24,117 nucleotides of DNA, from the IMG/VR virus record IMGVR_UViG_3300044676_000026, positions 1-24,117 of that record; one strand, written 5' to 3'. The stretch is from a virus. Taxonomy: Duplodnaviria > Caudoviricetes. A model generated the notes under the pieces. It worked only from the letters and a program-made list of their open reading frames with translations. It had not been told where the DNA came from and ran no database searches. The position numbers were made by a program, and so were the translations under genes. How positions within the stretch are numbered: the first letter of the stretch is position 1; each line of letters starts with the position of its first letter. Positions 9,683 through 18,684 of this stretch are shown piece by piece.

Positions 9683-10224
9683 TACTTAGTTCCCTTCCAA
9701 TATTCTGTAGAGCCATATCTTGGTGTGCCTGAGTCAGGCATTCCATAGCTACTGTCTGAAGAGCCACCCGGCATTAATGCATAAGTATTTATAGCTGCTG
9801 TTGACAATTTTGTTAATGCATCAAATTTTGAACTTTCTCTAGCAGCAGTTCCGGCTTCTTCAAACATCTGTGCTTGTATGTCACCAAAAGCTCTTCTTTC
9901 TTTTGCTGTAGTTTGCAATCTTGTAAAATCTTTACCAGCATAAGTTTCATTAACAGTTTGTACTAATTTAGCTGATCCAGAAAAACCACTAACACCGCCA
10001 GCAAATCCTCTAGCTACTGCTGTTGAATTAGTTTCTCTTAGTTTGCGCAATACATTATTTCCTTCTATTTCAGCATTAACCGCAGCTCTTTCTGCCTTTG
10101 CTCTTTCTTGTGCTGCTTTTACTTGGTATTGAGATTCAGCAGCCTGTCCTTGCCTTATAGATTGTACTGCTCCTAGAACACTTGTTACTACACTTACTGC
10201 CTGCATTGCTGCTACTGCACCCAT
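9682..10224 (-). CDS. Small internal virion protein, T7 gp14-like position
   Basis: Hydrophobic Ala/Gly-rich N-terminus, coiled-coil middle and a GGVSGFSGS motif. Lies directly after tail tubular protein B. Confidence 0.7.
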   Translation of the reverse strand: MGAVAAMQAVSVVTSVLGAVQSIRQGQAAESQYQVKAAQERAKAERAAVNAEIEGNNVLRKLRETNSTAVARGFAGGVSGFSGSAKLVQTVNETYAGKDFTRLQTTAKERRAFGDIQAQMFEEAGTAARESSKFDALTKLSTAAINTYALMPGGSSDSSYGMPDSGTPRYGSTEYWKGTK

Positions 10225-10226
10225 AA

Positions 10227-12185
10227 TTATCTTCCTTGATAAACTGATACTTTATATTCTAAACCTAGTAAAGTAAGCTTTAATGGCGCATTCTGCGTCA
10301 CTGTAATTTGCCCGTCTTTACTATACCCAAGTATACCATGCAACACTTTAGTTCCGGTAAATGGTACAACTGATGTATCTAATGCTCCTGACCCTAAAGT
10401 TCTAATTGGTACTAAGTTATTATTTATAACTATATTTTGCGTTTCATATAGCAATGCATTAACTTCTAATACTCTTTTTCTAAACCCAATTCTAGTTCCA
10501 CCTTGCGCCTTAACGTTAAGTGGCATAGTTTTTATTTCTACACTAATAGGTAATCCACACTCTGAGCTTGTTGCTGGTGGATTAGTAAAGGTTATTGTGC
10601 CTCCTGCTGAAACTGTTTGATTTAACTCTGCATATCCATCTGAAATACAATTAACTATTTGCCCCTCTAAATGTGCCATATTTGCCGTAGCTGAAGTAGT
10701 TCCTACAACACCACAATCAGTTAAAGAATCATCATCAAATACTTCTACATAATATTTATCTGAGCCACTATCTGTTCTTTTAACCACTACATATATATCT
10801 GTAATATCAACGCCAACATCGACATAACTACCTTCAGTAATAAATTCAGACGGGGCAATAACATCTTGTGCTCTTAATAAAGAAAATACAGCCAAAGATC
10901 CATCTTCTTCATTTGTTATTAAAAGTAAATCATTTTCATCTGTAGCCACTGCACGCCTAATATCCATGCGCGTAGGATTCTTTAATAGATGCCCGGCAAG
11001 CAATGATATTTTAGAAGTAAGATAAGTAAGTTGTGTGTCTGAATATGCTATTTCGGATAATGCTTTTCCCTGCCTTTGAATAAACAATGTTCCAGATTCT
11101 AATTGTTTTACTCTAACTCCCTCTTTACTTCCATTTCTTGATGTAGTTGACATGAAAAAGTCAGACGGTGTTATTGGTGTAAGCCCTTCTTGTGGAACAT
11201 AGAACTCACCACCTGTTGTAAATATTTGTAAATCTCTACCAGAAATAATATCAGTGATAGCATTAAAAGTATTAGTATCGAGAGTAGCCTCAACAGCATC
11301 ATCATCCAGTGCCTCCACAGCTTCAAAATCAAAAAACAATCCTACTTTAGACCCCCATGTTGTTGATGGCCTTGATTTACTACCACCAAAATATAATCGT
11401 CCTTGATGAAAGGTAACTGTTCTTGGATACCCTTTTGTTGCTGACCATACATCTTCATAACCTGTTTCTAGTTCCCAATCAGCATTAGCAATCTGCGATG
11501 TATCAAAAAATGGAAACTCTGTTACGACATTAACTGTTGTACCTGTTGTAACCTCAACAATTCTTGCACGACCTTGTGGTACTACATTAATATACTGCCC
11601 TACATGAGCAGCTGTAAATATAGAATGCTGTGAAGTTAAAGTTACTTTTCCTGAAACATCACTTGGTGTTAAATGACCAGCAGCACTTGTATTAAATATA
11701 ACAATAGTAAATGCGTACTTAGGAATAGAATCAAATGATATAGTGCTAACAGTCCAATCAGTATCTGATGCGCCACGAACTATCTTTACTGGACTATAAT
11801 CTTCATGAACAACAATTAATGTATCAGCAGATTGTGTCCAACACATCTTATCTAACATAGCACTGGGAATGCCTGTGCTTGTCTCTGTGTGTACTAGTGT
11901 TTTGTTTTTGTAAACAAACATAGTGTCGTTTGTAAAACACAACATATAACTATCATCTACAGAAAACTCAAATGATACTAATCGAACGCCACTAGCCGGT
12001 GTTCCTGTTAGCTCATTAATAAACTTAGTCCCGGGTCTGCGAGTAACACCACCTTGTGGTTGACATATAACATTTTTTGCAGTTTCTAGTGCATTGTCAT
12101 AAGCTTTTAATTCTACCCTTGCTCTAACAAGAGGATCTAACTCACCTGTCGTAAAGTTAGTTTGTATTTCTACAAAACGAGCCAT
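10227..12185 (-). CDS. Tail tubular protein B / nozzle
   Basis: QTNFTTGELDP...PQGGVTRRPGT N-terminus, WTQSADTL and GYPRTVTFHQGRLYFGG motifs characteristic of this family. Confidence 0.9.
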   Translation of the reverse strand: MARFVEIQTNFTTGELDPLVRARVELKAYDNALETAKNVICQPQGGVTRRPGTKFINELTGTPASGVRLVSFEFSVDDSYMLCFTNDTMFVYKNKTLVHTETSTGIPSAMLDKMCWTQSADTLIVVHEDYSPVKIVRGASDTDWTVSTISFDSIPKYAFTIVIFNTSAAGHLTPSDVSGKVTLTSQHSIFTAAHVGQYINVVPQGRARIVEVTTGTTVNVVTEFPFFDTSQIANADWELETGYEDVWSATKGYPRTVTFHQGRLYFGGSKSRPSTTWGSKVGLFFDFEAVEALDDDAVEATLDTNTFNAITDIISGRDLQIFTTGGEFYVPQEGLTPITPSDFFMSTTSRNGSKEGVRVKQLESGTLFIQRQGKALSEIAYSDTQLTYLTSKISLLAGHLLKNPTRMDIRRAVATDENDLLLITNEEDGSLAVFSLLRAQDVIAPSEFITEGSYVDVGVDITDIYVVVKRTDSGSDKYYVEVFDDDSLTDCGVVGTTSATANMAHLEGQIVNCISDGYAELNQTVSAGGTITFTNPPATSSECGLPISVEIKTMPLNVKAQGGTRIGFRKRVLEVNALLYETQNIVINNNLVPIRTLGSGALDTSVVPFTGTKVLHGILGYSKDGQITVTQNAPLKLTLLGLEYKVSVYQGR

Positions 12186-12799
12186 TAATACCTCACGTTA
12201 ATAAGTGTAAAGTCCTGTATTGCATTTGTTGGCTTTCCTTGCCCATCTATATTCATAGCTTGGCGCATGTAACCACCACGACCATTTTCTCCCGGAGTTC
12301 CTTGTGCTACAGTTCTCCAGTAATCTGTTTTTTCTATTTGATCTGTAATAGGCATTGCTAAATGCCATACTAACTGATACTTCATATTTTGTACAAAGTA
12401 ATGAGGCATTTCATATTCTTCTACTGCGAACTGATAATCTACATATACTTCTTCGTAATCTGTTAACAACTTACCACCTAATAATTTATATTCTCTTTGT
12501 GGTACTCCTCCTGCTACACTAGTTATAAATACAGCTCTTGGTGTGCCAATCATATCTGATGGCAAGGCGTATTCATATTTATATTCAGTTGTTGGGGTTG
12601 TTATAAGTCTAGCTAATTGAACTTTTTTAAATGAAAAAGACCAAGGATAACTCGCTATTGTTTTGTTTTTAATGTCTGGATATAGGCTATTGCAAATGTT
12701 AGCCTCATCCGTTCCTTCGGTAAAGGATGATATAGGGCTTGCTCCAAGCATTAATAATGCATCAGAACAGATTGATAATGAGGTGTCTCCAGATGCCAT
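12185..12799 (-). CDS. Tail tubular protein A / adaptor
   Basis: SICSDALLMLGASPISSF...YPWSFS...YEYALPSD pattern, plus size and position. Confidence 0.9.
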   Translation of the reverse strand: MASGDTSLSICSDALLMLGASPISSFTEGTDEANICNSLYPDIKNKTIASYPWSFSFKKVQLARLITTPTTEYKYEYALPSDMIGTPRAVFITSVAGGVPQREYKLLGGKLLTDYEEVYVDYQFAVEEYEMPHYFVQNMKYQLVWHLAMPITDQIEKTDYWRTVAQGTPGENGRGGYMRQAMNIDGQGKPTNAIQDFTLINVRY

Positions 12800-12815
12800 T
12801 TATATTCTCCAATTG

Positions 12816-12853
12816 TACAAATAGGCGAGAGCCGAAACCCTCACCTTTTTGTA
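12816..12853 (-). terminator. Stem-loop after the capsid/decoration genes, probable leaky intrinsic terminator
   Basis: Minus strand AGGUGAGGGU-UUCG-GCUCUCGCCU, extended by UACAAA/UUUGUA, with only a short U-run. Position is analogous to T7 Tphi. Confidence 0.7.
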
Positions 12854-12865
12854 TTTAAACTACAA

Positions 12866-13135
12866 CTAGGCTACAGAAATATCTGTGCCAGCTGACACAT
12901 CAACAACGCCTGCCGCTGTGTTAGTTAGTACGATGTGTAATGATGCTGCTGGTGTAGCAGTATCATAAATCATTACTAAATCACCCACTTTAAGCACGCT
13001 TGATGCATCGTTAAAATAACCAGAAGCTGCTACTGTTGCTTTAGCATCTGCTGATTTGTATGTCCACATTTGAGGAGCATCACCAGCTTTTGACTGTGCG
13101 CCAGCTGGGCTTAGTCCGTCTATGTTATAAGCCAT
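12866..13135 (-). CDS. Probable capsid decoration / minor head protein
   Basis: 89 aa beta-rich protein (TVAASGYFN...LKVGDLV) right after the capsid gene and before the terminator, with AGGAG SD. Confidence 0.6.
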   Translation of the reverse strand: MAYNIDGLSPAGAQSKAGDAPQMWTYKSADAKATVAASGYFNDASSVLKVGDLVMIYDTATPAASLHIVLTNTAAGVVDVSAGTDISVA

Positions 13136-13152
13136 TTTTATATCTCCTTAAA

Positions 13153-13980
13153 TTAAGATTCGTCTGCTTGAACTTCAACAATACCTTCGCCATCAATAGC
13201 AACTGAGCAAGCTGATAGCATTGCGTTTACTAAGAATGAAGTTTTTTCAGGTACATAGTTGATTTCAGTTTTAGGGCCAATACCCTCGCCATAACCAATA
13301 GCAGTTTTATGAAACGCTAGGCATGAACGAATATTTGAGCCATCAATAGAAAGACCACCTTCAGTACGATCACCTAAAGTATGGAATTTAAATCCTAAGA
13401 ATGTATCAAGCTCTCCAGATACTAATGCACGTACTGTGTTGAAATCAGCAGATGTCACTGATGTTTCACCAAGTAAGTTTGATAAACTGTTAGCATGAAT
13501 AATCATGTGTCTATCTTCTGGTGGTACGTTGTTTGTATCCATTGTTTTCTTAGCGTCTCTTAACTTAGCAACTGTTAGGTTTGTAGAGCCGTGAGCGACT
13601 GTAGAACCTTTACCTGCTAAAAGAGCGTCAAGAATAAGTTGATCTTGTCTACGACCAATAGCGTTCGCTACTACTTGAACTAACTCTGATCTTTCTTCAA
13701 AATTAACTTTTTGTTGCATGAAGATGTCTGAATACTCAGCTGCGTTCCAATCTTGCATAGTCGCAGTAACTTGTGAAAAGTCAGTATTGAGTGGTGTAAC
13801 ATCTGTTTGTGGTACACGTAGTGTAGCCACACCTTTCCCAACTTTCGGGAATTTTACTAAATTGCCTTCAACGCCTCGTCTTTGTCTTGTAGCTTCTACA
13901 AGTGCAGCTTTACCTTGGTAAGCCTGTTTAACTTCGGCATCAAAGAGCGTTACATATGCTGGGGATAATCCAATAGACAT
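13153..13980 (-). CDS. Major capsid protein
   Basis: FDAEVKQAYQ, AIGRRQDQLILDAL, TSADFNTVRALVSGELDTFLGFKF and INYVPEK motifs. AAGGAG SD. Follows the scaffold gene. Confidence 0.92.
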   Translation of the reverse strand: MSIGLSPAYVTLFDAEVKQAYQGKAALVEATRQRRGVEGNLVKFPKVGKGVATLRVPQTDVTPLNTDFSQVTATMQDWNAAEYSDIFMQQKVNFEERSELVQVVANAIGRRQDQLILDALLAGKGSTVAHGSTNLTVAKLRDAKKTMDTNNVPPEDRHMIIHANSLSNLLGETSVTSADFNTVRALVSGELDTFLGFKFHTLGDRTEGGLSIDGSNIRSCLAFHKTAIGYGEGIGPKTEINYVPEKTSFLVNAMLSACSVAIDGEGIVEVQADES

Positions 13981-14018
13981 ATATTTCTCCTTAGAAATTA
14001 ATAAATAAAAAAATTAAT

Positions 14019-14127
14019 CGCTTTGGTATGCCAGAAGTCTGGGCCGGTGCTTGCTAATTACGATAGCCATACGACAAGATTACTTGCGTTTAAGGGTTGT
14101 ATTACGAGTGAATACAATAAGCCTTAA
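14019..14127 (-). promoter_or_regulatory. Structured 5' leader of the capsid mRNA (candidate cis-regulatory RNA)
   Basis: Several complementary segments form two hairpins and a three-way junction between the promoter and the capsid SD. Confidence 0.55.
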
Positions 14128-14131
14128 CTGT

Positions 14132-14160
14132 AAAGTACCACACAATCAAGGCTATTGCAA
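14132..14160 (-). promoter_or_regulatory. Sigma70-type promoter for the capsid gene
   Basis: TTGCAA (14160-14155), 17-bp spacer, TACTTT (14137-14132) preceded by TGn (extended -10). Confidence 0.65.
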
Positions 14161-14166
14161 TAGATT

Positions 14167-14967
14167 TTAACCGAAGTTCTGTGAAAAAGCTTTTTCTACT
14201 TTTGCTCTGTATACAGGATCTGTTTGATATTTTTCATCACCAACCATAGCATAAAGCTCTTCTTTGGATGGCGCGCCTTCTACAGGAACTGTTTCTATAG
14301 GAAGTCTGCCTTCATAAGACTGTCTTATCTTTTCAATAACAGAAATGCCTTGCGCAGTTCCTGCCATAAACTTAAACTCTTCAAAGTCATCTTTACTTAA
14401 CACACCTTTTTGTACTAAGCTTCCTCCCCATTTTGAAATACCATTAATTCTTGCATCAGCATTAGGACCTAAAGCTTTTTTTTCTTCCTCTAGATTTATT
14501 TGCTGGGACTCGGATTGTTGTTGATTTATACCTACAACCTCACTTACTAATGAGTCTAATGCTGCTTGACTAATGTTATTTTCTTTTGCCCATCCAACAA
14601 CATGTTGTCTAACAGGATCATCTTCAGGAGTTTCTCCAAATGCTTCGGTATCGTAGTTCCCGTCTTCCGGAGCTTTATGCTTTCCTTGGGATATTTGTTT
14701 TCTTAAATCTTTCCATGACTTAGCTATACCTTCCAAGTCAGGTGTGTCTTCATCTTTATTCCAAAAGTTTTCAGGCCAAAACTCTGGTCTTTCTAATGGC
14801 TCATCATTTGATACTTCCTCTGCTGCTTTTACTTCATCAACAGGTCGGTGGTCTATTTCTGTTTCTTTTGGATCTGCACTGACTTCCTCTTCTGGTGTTG
14901 CATTGTCGAGTAGGCCAGTTGCTTCCTGAGTTTCTTCAGTCGTACTAGGCTCGATTGCTTCTTCCAT
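14167..14967 (-). CDS. Capsid assembly scaffolding protein
   Basis: Acidic N-terminus, ERPEFWPENFW motif and C-terminal KYQTDPVYRAKV. Lies between portal and capsid. Confidence 0.85.
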   Translation of the reverse strand: MEEAIEPSTTEETQEATGLLDNATPEEEVSADPKETEIDHRPVDEVKAAEEVSNDEPLERPEFWPENFWNKDEDTPDLEGIAKSWKDLRKQISQGKHKAPEDGNYDTEAFGETPEDDPVRQHVVGWAKENNISQAALDSLVSEVVGINQQQSESQQINLEEEKKALGPNADARINGISKWGGSLVQKGVLSKDDFEEFKFMAGTAQGISVIEKIRQSYEGRLPIETVPVEGAPSKEELYAMVGDEKYQTDPVYRAKVEKAFSQNFG

Positions 14968-15230
14968 TATAATTTCCTTGCTCTAATTATCCTTGCTTCT
15001 ATATCTCTAATTATTGAATTTTGCCCTTCTCTGTAAAATGCATAACTAGAGTCACTTCCCGGCAAGGCTACGGGTTGCTCTAAAATAGTTTGGCGTAACC
15101 AATCTATCAATTCTTTTCCATCTTTACTTTTAAATACACGTAAGCAAAGACGATCTGTATCATTTCGCTTATCTTTCACATCAGCATTCTCTAATGGTAA
15201 CGCTTGTTCTAAATCATCCCATCCTGCCAT
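14967..15230 (-). CDS. Bbp19-like phage protein
   Basis: VFKSKDGKELIDWLR...AFYREGQNSII motif, between portal and scaffold. Confidence 0.75.
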   Translation of the reverse strand: MAGWDDLEQALPLENADVKDKRNDTDRLCLRVFKSKDGKELIDWLRQTILEQPVALPGSDSSYAFYREGQNSIIRDIEARIIRARKL

Positions 15231-15233
15231 AAT

Positions 15234-16826
15234 TTATCCTTGTTGGTCCATAACACCCTGCACTGCTTGTTCAGCGACAGCCCCAGCTGCTTCAGGATTT
15301 TGTGCAGCCATTTGAGCCATTTGTTCCATCTGCTCTTGTTGCATCATCATTCTTTCCATTTCAGTAGTTAAAATAGATTGCGGTATACCTAATTGCTCTG
15401 CAATAAAGTCCATCATCTTAGTCATCTTCAATGTAGACATAGCTTCTGGCCCAGATGATTGTGCTATTTGTGCATACTGCATAACTTTTTCAACTTCTTC
15501 CATAGCTTGTGCTTGTGCTAACGGAGCCGCTGCTGCAATTTTTATTTCTAATCCATTTACTTTTAACGGTAAATCAATTAGCCCCTTTTGATCCATTACT
15601 GCTAAAATTTTAGTTACTAAAGGAATCATAGTTTCATTAATTAATCTACCAAAAGCAGACCCTAAATTCTGTGATAATTCCTTCATACGCTCTACCACTT
15701 CTGTTGCACTTCTAGCGCTCATGTTATCAGGTGGTAGTGACTCGTCAAGCAATATACGTTTAATATTTTTTCTTAAATCATCCATAATAATTTGTGATAC
15801 ATTAAAATCACCAGCTCTAGGCAAAGGCCTTAATGACTCTCCTTGTGGTCCACCATTCCGAGCAACAGGAATAATAGCTCCCGGCATAATCTTAACTGTG
15901 TTTGGATTTAGTACACCATCATCTGCCGCAGTGTAAACACCACTAATAGATAATGAAGCGTTCTTTAATACTAGCTCTAACGTTTTATTAAGTGTTTTAA
16001 TATCAGGTAATGCAGTAATAAGAGGTCCTCTACCATAAATTTCACCTGCAACCTTAGAGTATCTAGAGACAATCCATGGACTTGTATCCATACGCCTATA
16101 AACTAGTTCTTCTTTTGAAGCCTTATCTATAACATGGTAACAATAATCACCACGCTTTTGATCTTGTACAGTAGCTTCAATAAGTTCTATTTCGTCAGTA
16201 GGTTTGTTATCTATTTGTTTTTGTAATGTTTCTGAAATTTTTATGTCAGGCCATTGTCTCTTTAACACCTCACCTTTAATACGCATACGTCTGTACACGT
16301 TATCTACTTGACCATCAGCACCTTCCTCAAATGCAACTAAGTATTGTGGGACAGGAATAAAGTTAATAGCATTAACATCATCACCCGGTTGAACCATCAT
16401 AACTGCTGTACCTACAGATAAGTCTAATAAAAACTCACCAATAGCTACATCAAAGTTAGATTGCTTAAGTGAGTCAAACATTCTATCTGAATATACATCT
16501 AGCGCAGCTTGAGCTTCTTGTTTGCGGTCCACTGGAATATCAGACCCCGGCTCTAACCGACACCACTTTCTTTGTGGTGGAAATATACCTGATTGCATTC
16601 TATTAGCAAATCTTTGCGTAGAGTTAATAGCAGTAGAATCAAATACACGATTCATTTTCTTTTGTCCTGATACTTTGCCATCATAGTATCCGTCATATAA
16701 GTTTCTTTGTGGTAGCGCAAACTCATAGGCTTCCTCATAAAGATCCCTAAAATTTTCTTTTCTCGTTAAGGCCTTATCATGCCTACTTAAAATATCTTTT
16801 GCTGTTAATCTCATCATTGCTACCAT
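15234..16826 (-). CDS. Portal (head-to-tail connector) protein
   Basis: 530 aa with VFDSTA, GEIYGRGP and RSATEVVER motifs of T7 gp8/Bbp21-like portals. Confidence 0.95.
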   Translation of the reverse strand: MVAMMRLTAKDILSRHDKALTRKENFRDLYEEAYEFALPQRNLYDGYYDGKVSGQKKMNRVFDSTAINSTQRFANRMQSGIFPPQRKWCRLEPGSDIPVDRKQEAQAALDVYSDRMFDSLKQSNFDVAIGEFLLDLSVGTAVMMVQPGDDVNAINFIPVPQYLVAFEEGADGQVDNVYRRMRIKGEVLKRQWPDIKISETLQKQIDNKPTDEIELIEATVQDQKRGDYCYHVIDKASKEELVYRRMDTSPWIVSRYSKVAGEIYGRGPLITALPDIKTLNKTLELVLKNASLSISGVYTAADDGVLNPNTVKIMPGAIIPVARNGGPQGESLRPLPRAGDFNVSQIIMDDLRKNIKRILLDESLPPDNMSARSATEVVERMKELSQNLGSAFGRLINETMIPLVTKILAVMDQKGLIDLPLKVNGLEIKIAAAAPLAQAQAMEEVEKVMQYAQIAQSSGPEAMSTLKMTKMMDFIAEQLGIPQSILTTEMERMMMQQEQMEQMAQMAAQNPEAAGAVAEQAVQGVMDQQG

Positions 16827-16828
16827 AA

Positions 16829-17101
16829 CTACCCCTTTTTATTTTTAGCTGCAAAATTACGTGCAGCCTCTTTACTACCAAAACCCCACTTCTTTAATGC
16901 AAGTTTCAATCTTGTTGGTCTGCCTTTTGAATCTTTTAAAGGGCCTGCCATACCACCAAAGCGAGCAGCAAAAGAAACACGCCTGCCGTCCGTACCAGAT
17001 CCCTGCGGCTTTTTAAGATTTGAGCCTTCAGTTCTTTTAAAATGTTTACGCCCTGCTTCATTTAATCCTCCTTTTGGATTCTGATATTTTTTTGCTACCA
17101 T
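16829..17101 (-). CDS. Small basic protein, DUF6321-like
   Basis: NPKGGLNEAGRK...NLKKP...RRVSFAARFGGM...LALKKW pattern. Very Lys/Arg-rich. Confidence 0.7.
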   Translation of the reverse strand: MVAKKYQNPKGGLNEAGRKHFKRTEGSNLKKPQGSGTDGRRVSFAARFGGMAGPLKDSKGRPTRLKLALKKWGFGSKEAARNFAAKNKKG

Positions 17102-17232
17102 TATTTTTTCTTTTTAGGAAAACCAGCTAACATATTTTTATATGCTTTATCTGATACAGTAGATTTAGATTTTGGCCTACTTGTTCCTGCTTTTTTTCTA
17201 GCATTCATATTTGCATACAATCCTTTTTTCAT
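17101..17232 (-). CDS. Small basic hypothetical protein, 43 aa (below the ORF-track cutoff)
   Basis: MKKGLYANMNARKKAGTSRPKSKSTVSDKAYKNMLAGFPKKKK. AGGA SD, fills the gap exactly, TAATG overlap with the next gene. Confidence 0.8.
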   Translation of the reverse strand: MKKGLYANMNARKKAGTSRPKSKSTVSDKAYKNMLAGFPKKKK

Positions 17233-17241
17233 AATACTATC

Positions 17242-17487
17242 CTAAAATTTATAATTTAATGATATCCCTTTATAGTCTATGCCTTTATCAGTACCCCAAT
17301 CTCCAGTTGCATAATGTCCTGCTGCCCCTATAGTAAGGTCTAACTTTTTATTTATAATTGGTTGAGTGTAACTAACGTACCCACTAATAACTTTAGTTCC
17401 TTTGTCATTCTTAAAACCTCCGAAATCAATGTTCATTGTTCCAATCATTTTTAAAATTTGTTCTTTTGTTATAGTATTACCTGCCAT
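17242..17487 (-). CDS. Hypothetical 81-aa protein with amphipathic beta-strands and a C-terminal beta-signal-like YKF
   Basis: Starts immediately after the lysozyme stop with AGGA upstream and ends GISLNYKF. Confidence 0.7.
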   Translation of the reverse strand: MAGNTITKEQILKMIGTMNIDFGGFKNDKGTKVISGYVSYTQPIINKKLDLTIGAAGHYATGDWGTDKGIDYKGISLNYKF

Positions 17488-18051
17488 TTATTTTCCTAAT
17501 ATATTGTTTACTTGCGTTTTAGATAGACTTGTTTCTTTGTTTATTAATTGAGCCTCTACTCCATCTCTAAATTTTATAATTGCATCCTCAAAATCATTAA
17601 CACGAGTTTTGGTTTGTTTATACCAATCAGAATGCATGCCGGGCTTATTTGTAGGATCAGCAAATTTTACTTCCTGAATGGCTTGATTATACTTTCCATT
17701 TTTTAAATGTTTCCATGCAGTAGGAAACTTACTAGTCCAATTTTGACCTAGTTGAAAGTTAACACTTACTAAAGCATTTTCAAACTCTTGTGTTGCTGGA
17801 TTATTTAGTTGAGATGCTTGTTTCTTAGCTGCTTTTTTTGCTGTAGCTAAATCTTTTTCTAACCAAGCATTAACAACACTTTCTGGAATAGGTGTTCCAA
17901 TAGCTTTGTTATCAACATATTTAATTGGATATAATAATTGCTCTTCTTGAGTCAATAAATGACCAACTCCACCTGTAGGCTTATCAAGACTATCAAGATA
18001 GCTTTCATAAACTACACCTTCTCTATCTTTTATATGACTAAGTAAATTCAT
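17488..18051 (-). CDS. Phage lysozyme (GH24, T4-type)
   Basis: E-x8-D-x5-T triad in REGVVYESYLDSLDKPTGGVGHLL, plus FQLG and SDWYKQTKTR motifs. Best start is ATG 18051 with AGGGG SD. In-frame upstream starts at 18102 (ATG) and 18111 (TTG). Confidence 0.88.
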   Translation of the reverse strand: MNLLSHIKDREGVVYESYLDSLDKPTGGVGHLLTQEEQLLYPIKYVDNKAIGTPIPESVVNAWLEKDLATAKKAAKKQASQLNNPATQEFENALVSVNFQLGQNWTSKFPTAWKHLKNGKYNQAIQEVKFADPTNKPGMHSDWYKQTKTRVNDFEDAIIKFRDGVEAQLINKETSLSKTQVNNILGK

Positions 18052-18122
18052 ATTATCCCCTAGGAGCGTTATACAAATTAATAGGAGGAAGGTTATTTTC
18101 ATGCCATTCAATCAATTTAAAA

Positions 18123-18680
18123 TTATCCCAACATTGTTTTTAATTTACCCAAAGATGTGCTTCCTAGTGCTGGCATATCTTCAGCTAAACCTTTTTTCTT
18201 AATATTTGATCGACCAAGCAAACCACTAGATCCTGCTGCTGTTCTTTTTCTATTTCTTTTTTTTGCTTGATTAGCAGCTCTTTTAGTTAATCTTGTTTGT
18301 TCTTTTGATTGATTTTGAATTTCTTTAAGTTCGTTAGCACTTAAGTCTCTTTGCTCTTGATATTCAACTTGTCTAGTTCTTATAGGACCATACATACTAC
18401 CTTGCCTATAAGGACGAGGCCCAGATCCATACATACCTGTAGCTCCTTGACCTGTACCATCTGCCCAAAATGGCTGACTATAGGAACTGTGTGACTTAGC
18501 AAGGTATTGTGTTTTGGTTTTAGTTTTTGTAATGCCTTCTTTGATTTGTCGATCAAATTGTTTGTTCCACCAATCCTCTGATTTAAACTGATCGCCAGCT
18601 AGCTTTTGCACCTCTTCTCGTAATTCTTTTTGTGGAGCAATTAAACCTCTAGCTAATGCCATTCCATAATCTAATGCCAT
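18123..18680 (-). CDS. Hypothetical protein, possibly virion-associated
   Basis: 185-aa ORF with AGGA SD, a Gly/Tyr-rich middle and a basic C-terminus ending in LG. Confidence 0.65.
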   Translation of the reverse strand: MALDYGMALARGLIAPQKELREEVQKLAGDQFKSEDWWNKQFDRQIKEGITKTKTKTQYLAKSHSSYSQPFWADGTGQGATGMYGSGPRPYRQGSMYGPIRTRQVEYQEQRDLSANELKEIQNQSKEQTRLTKRAANQAKKRNRKRTAAGSSGLLGRSNIKKKGLAEDMPALGSTSLGKLKTMLG

Positions 18681-18684
18681 CGTT

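Noticed and set aside
13136-13170. T7 10A/10B-style frameshift or read-through joining capsid to the next gene
   Set aside because: No slippery sequence is evident, and the next gene has its own AGGAG SD.
18083-18202. Plus-strand AGGAGG followed by a 33-codon hydrophobic ORF
   Set aside because: The SD is 12 nt from the ATG, the ORF is antisense to a real gene and no promoter is seen. It is better explained as an anti-SD on the minus strand.
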